From: an uncultured Eubacteriales bacterium
GTDB taxonomy: Bacteria; Bacillota; Clostridia; Oscillospirales; UBA644
DNA length: 64,000 bases
Direction: 5' to 3'
Assembly: GCA_900547165.1 (NCBI GenBank)
Contig: URFZ01000004.1
Coordinates: 47,104-111,103 of the forward strand
In this document: positions 63,318-64,000 of the stretch, piece by piece
How the letters are laid out: the number at the start of each line of letters is the position of its first letter
How positions within the stretch are numbered: the first letter of the stretch is position 1
Made by a program: the position numbers and the translations under genes
Notes under the pieces: generated by a model
Databases searched by the model: none
The model's input: the letters and a program-made list of their open reading frames with translations, nothing else
What the model was told of the DNA's origin: nothing

Positions 63318-64000
63318 TCAATCCGTTTCAACCCGTATGTTCCCCGCCGCGTCGGCAAAGACGGAGATACAAAGAGAAGCGTCCTGTGTGACGTAAGTCT
63401 TTGCGCCGAGGGCGTCGAGAGACGCGAGGACGGACGGCGCGGGCGTTTCGGAGCGTTCGGCGGTCGAAGTGCTGATAACCGCGACTTTTGCGCCGACACG
63501 CTTCAAAAATGCGTAGGAAGACGCTTTGTCCGAGCCGTGGTGCGCAACTTTGAGAACGTCGGCGGAGATGTCGAGCGGGAGCAGGTCGTTTTCCTCTTCA
63601 AACTGCGCGTCGCCCGTAAAAAGTGCGGTCGCTTTGCCGCCGCAGAGTTTCAGCACAAGCGAATTGTTGTTTTCGCCGTCGGCAAGGCGAACGGGTGCGA
63701 GCACGTCAAAAAACAGCCCGTTTTTACCGACCGAAAAATGTTCTCCGACGGAAAGGCGGGTCACGGCAAATCCGTGCTTTTCGGCGCGTTTGTCAACCTT
63801 ATCCTTTCCGTCTTCGTCAAAGTCTCCGACGGCGGGGGCACAGACTTTGCCGACGGAAACGTCGCCGTTTTCGAGCAGGTCGTTCAACCCGCCGATATGG
63901 TCTTTGTCCGTGTGCGTGATGAACACGGCTTCAAGCGAGGTCACGCCGAACTTGTCAAAAGCGGTCCGCAAAACGGAATAAGAATCCTTTGTCCCCGTGT
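63318..64000 (-). CDS. MBL-fold metallo-hydrolase (ComEC C-terminal-domain-like), C-terminal part; N-terminus lies right of the window
   Basis: ITHTDKDHIGG (HxHxDH-type motif) and ..LKVAHHGS... The frame stays open upstream of the track start (a TTG at 63971) to the window edge. Confidence 0.7.
   Translation of the reverse strand, partial: TGTKDSYSVLRTAFDKFGVTSLEAVFITHTDKDHIGGLNDLLENGDVSVGKVCAPAVGDFDEDGKDKVDKRAEKHGFAVTRLSVGEHFSVGKNGLFFDVLAPVRLADGENNNSLVLKLCGGKATALFTGDAQFEEENDLLPLDISADVLKVAHHGSDKASSYAFLKRVGAKVAVISTSTAERSETPAPSVLASLDALGAKTYVTQDASLCISVFADAAGNIRVETD

Overview
The window looks like chromosome from a spore-forming, dockerin-encoding Clostridia member (Oscillospiraceae/Ruminococcus-like). 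That guess rests on dpaAB, two dockerin proteins and the gene order; no search was run.

About 6.1-19.9 kb is an ordinary, conserved minus-strand housekeeping block: htrA, thiN, rsgA, prkC, stp, rlmN, Zn-peptidase, fmt, def, priA, rpoZ, gmk, remA, yicC.

The rest mixes core genes with accessory patches.
- Core genes: etfB, rnhB, nadE, dpaAB, pdxK, ftsH, an alanine symporter and a lipid kinase.
- Accessory patches: a Phd-Doc toxin-antitoxin pair, paired short ChrA transporters, an M64-like peptidase, and two DUF4143-type ATPases plus a truncated third copy.
- Also three tandem WG-repeat lipoprotein paralogs, a double-glycine-leader peptide gene, two dockerin proteins, and an rbr-dfx-perR cassette flanked by direct repeats.

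The most interesting region is a visibly AT-rich island at about 42.8-48.3 kb. It carries a KAP-family P-loop NTPase, a single-polypeptide nuclease/N6-adenine-methyltransferase (Type IIG/IIL-like) and a tyrosine recombinase. Between the methyltransferase and the recombinase, perfect 29-bp inverted repeats bracket a 268-bp segment. That segment holds a near-consensus promoter and a one-way terminator. This is the architecture of an invertible ON/OFF promoter switch, and the assembly shows the OFF orientation.

Several noncoding repeat families and one roughly 0.9-kb gene-poor, structure-rich region are also flagged. I did not recognise any rRNA, tRNA or CRISPR array. All calls come from reading the sequence and the ORF track; no database search or computation was run.
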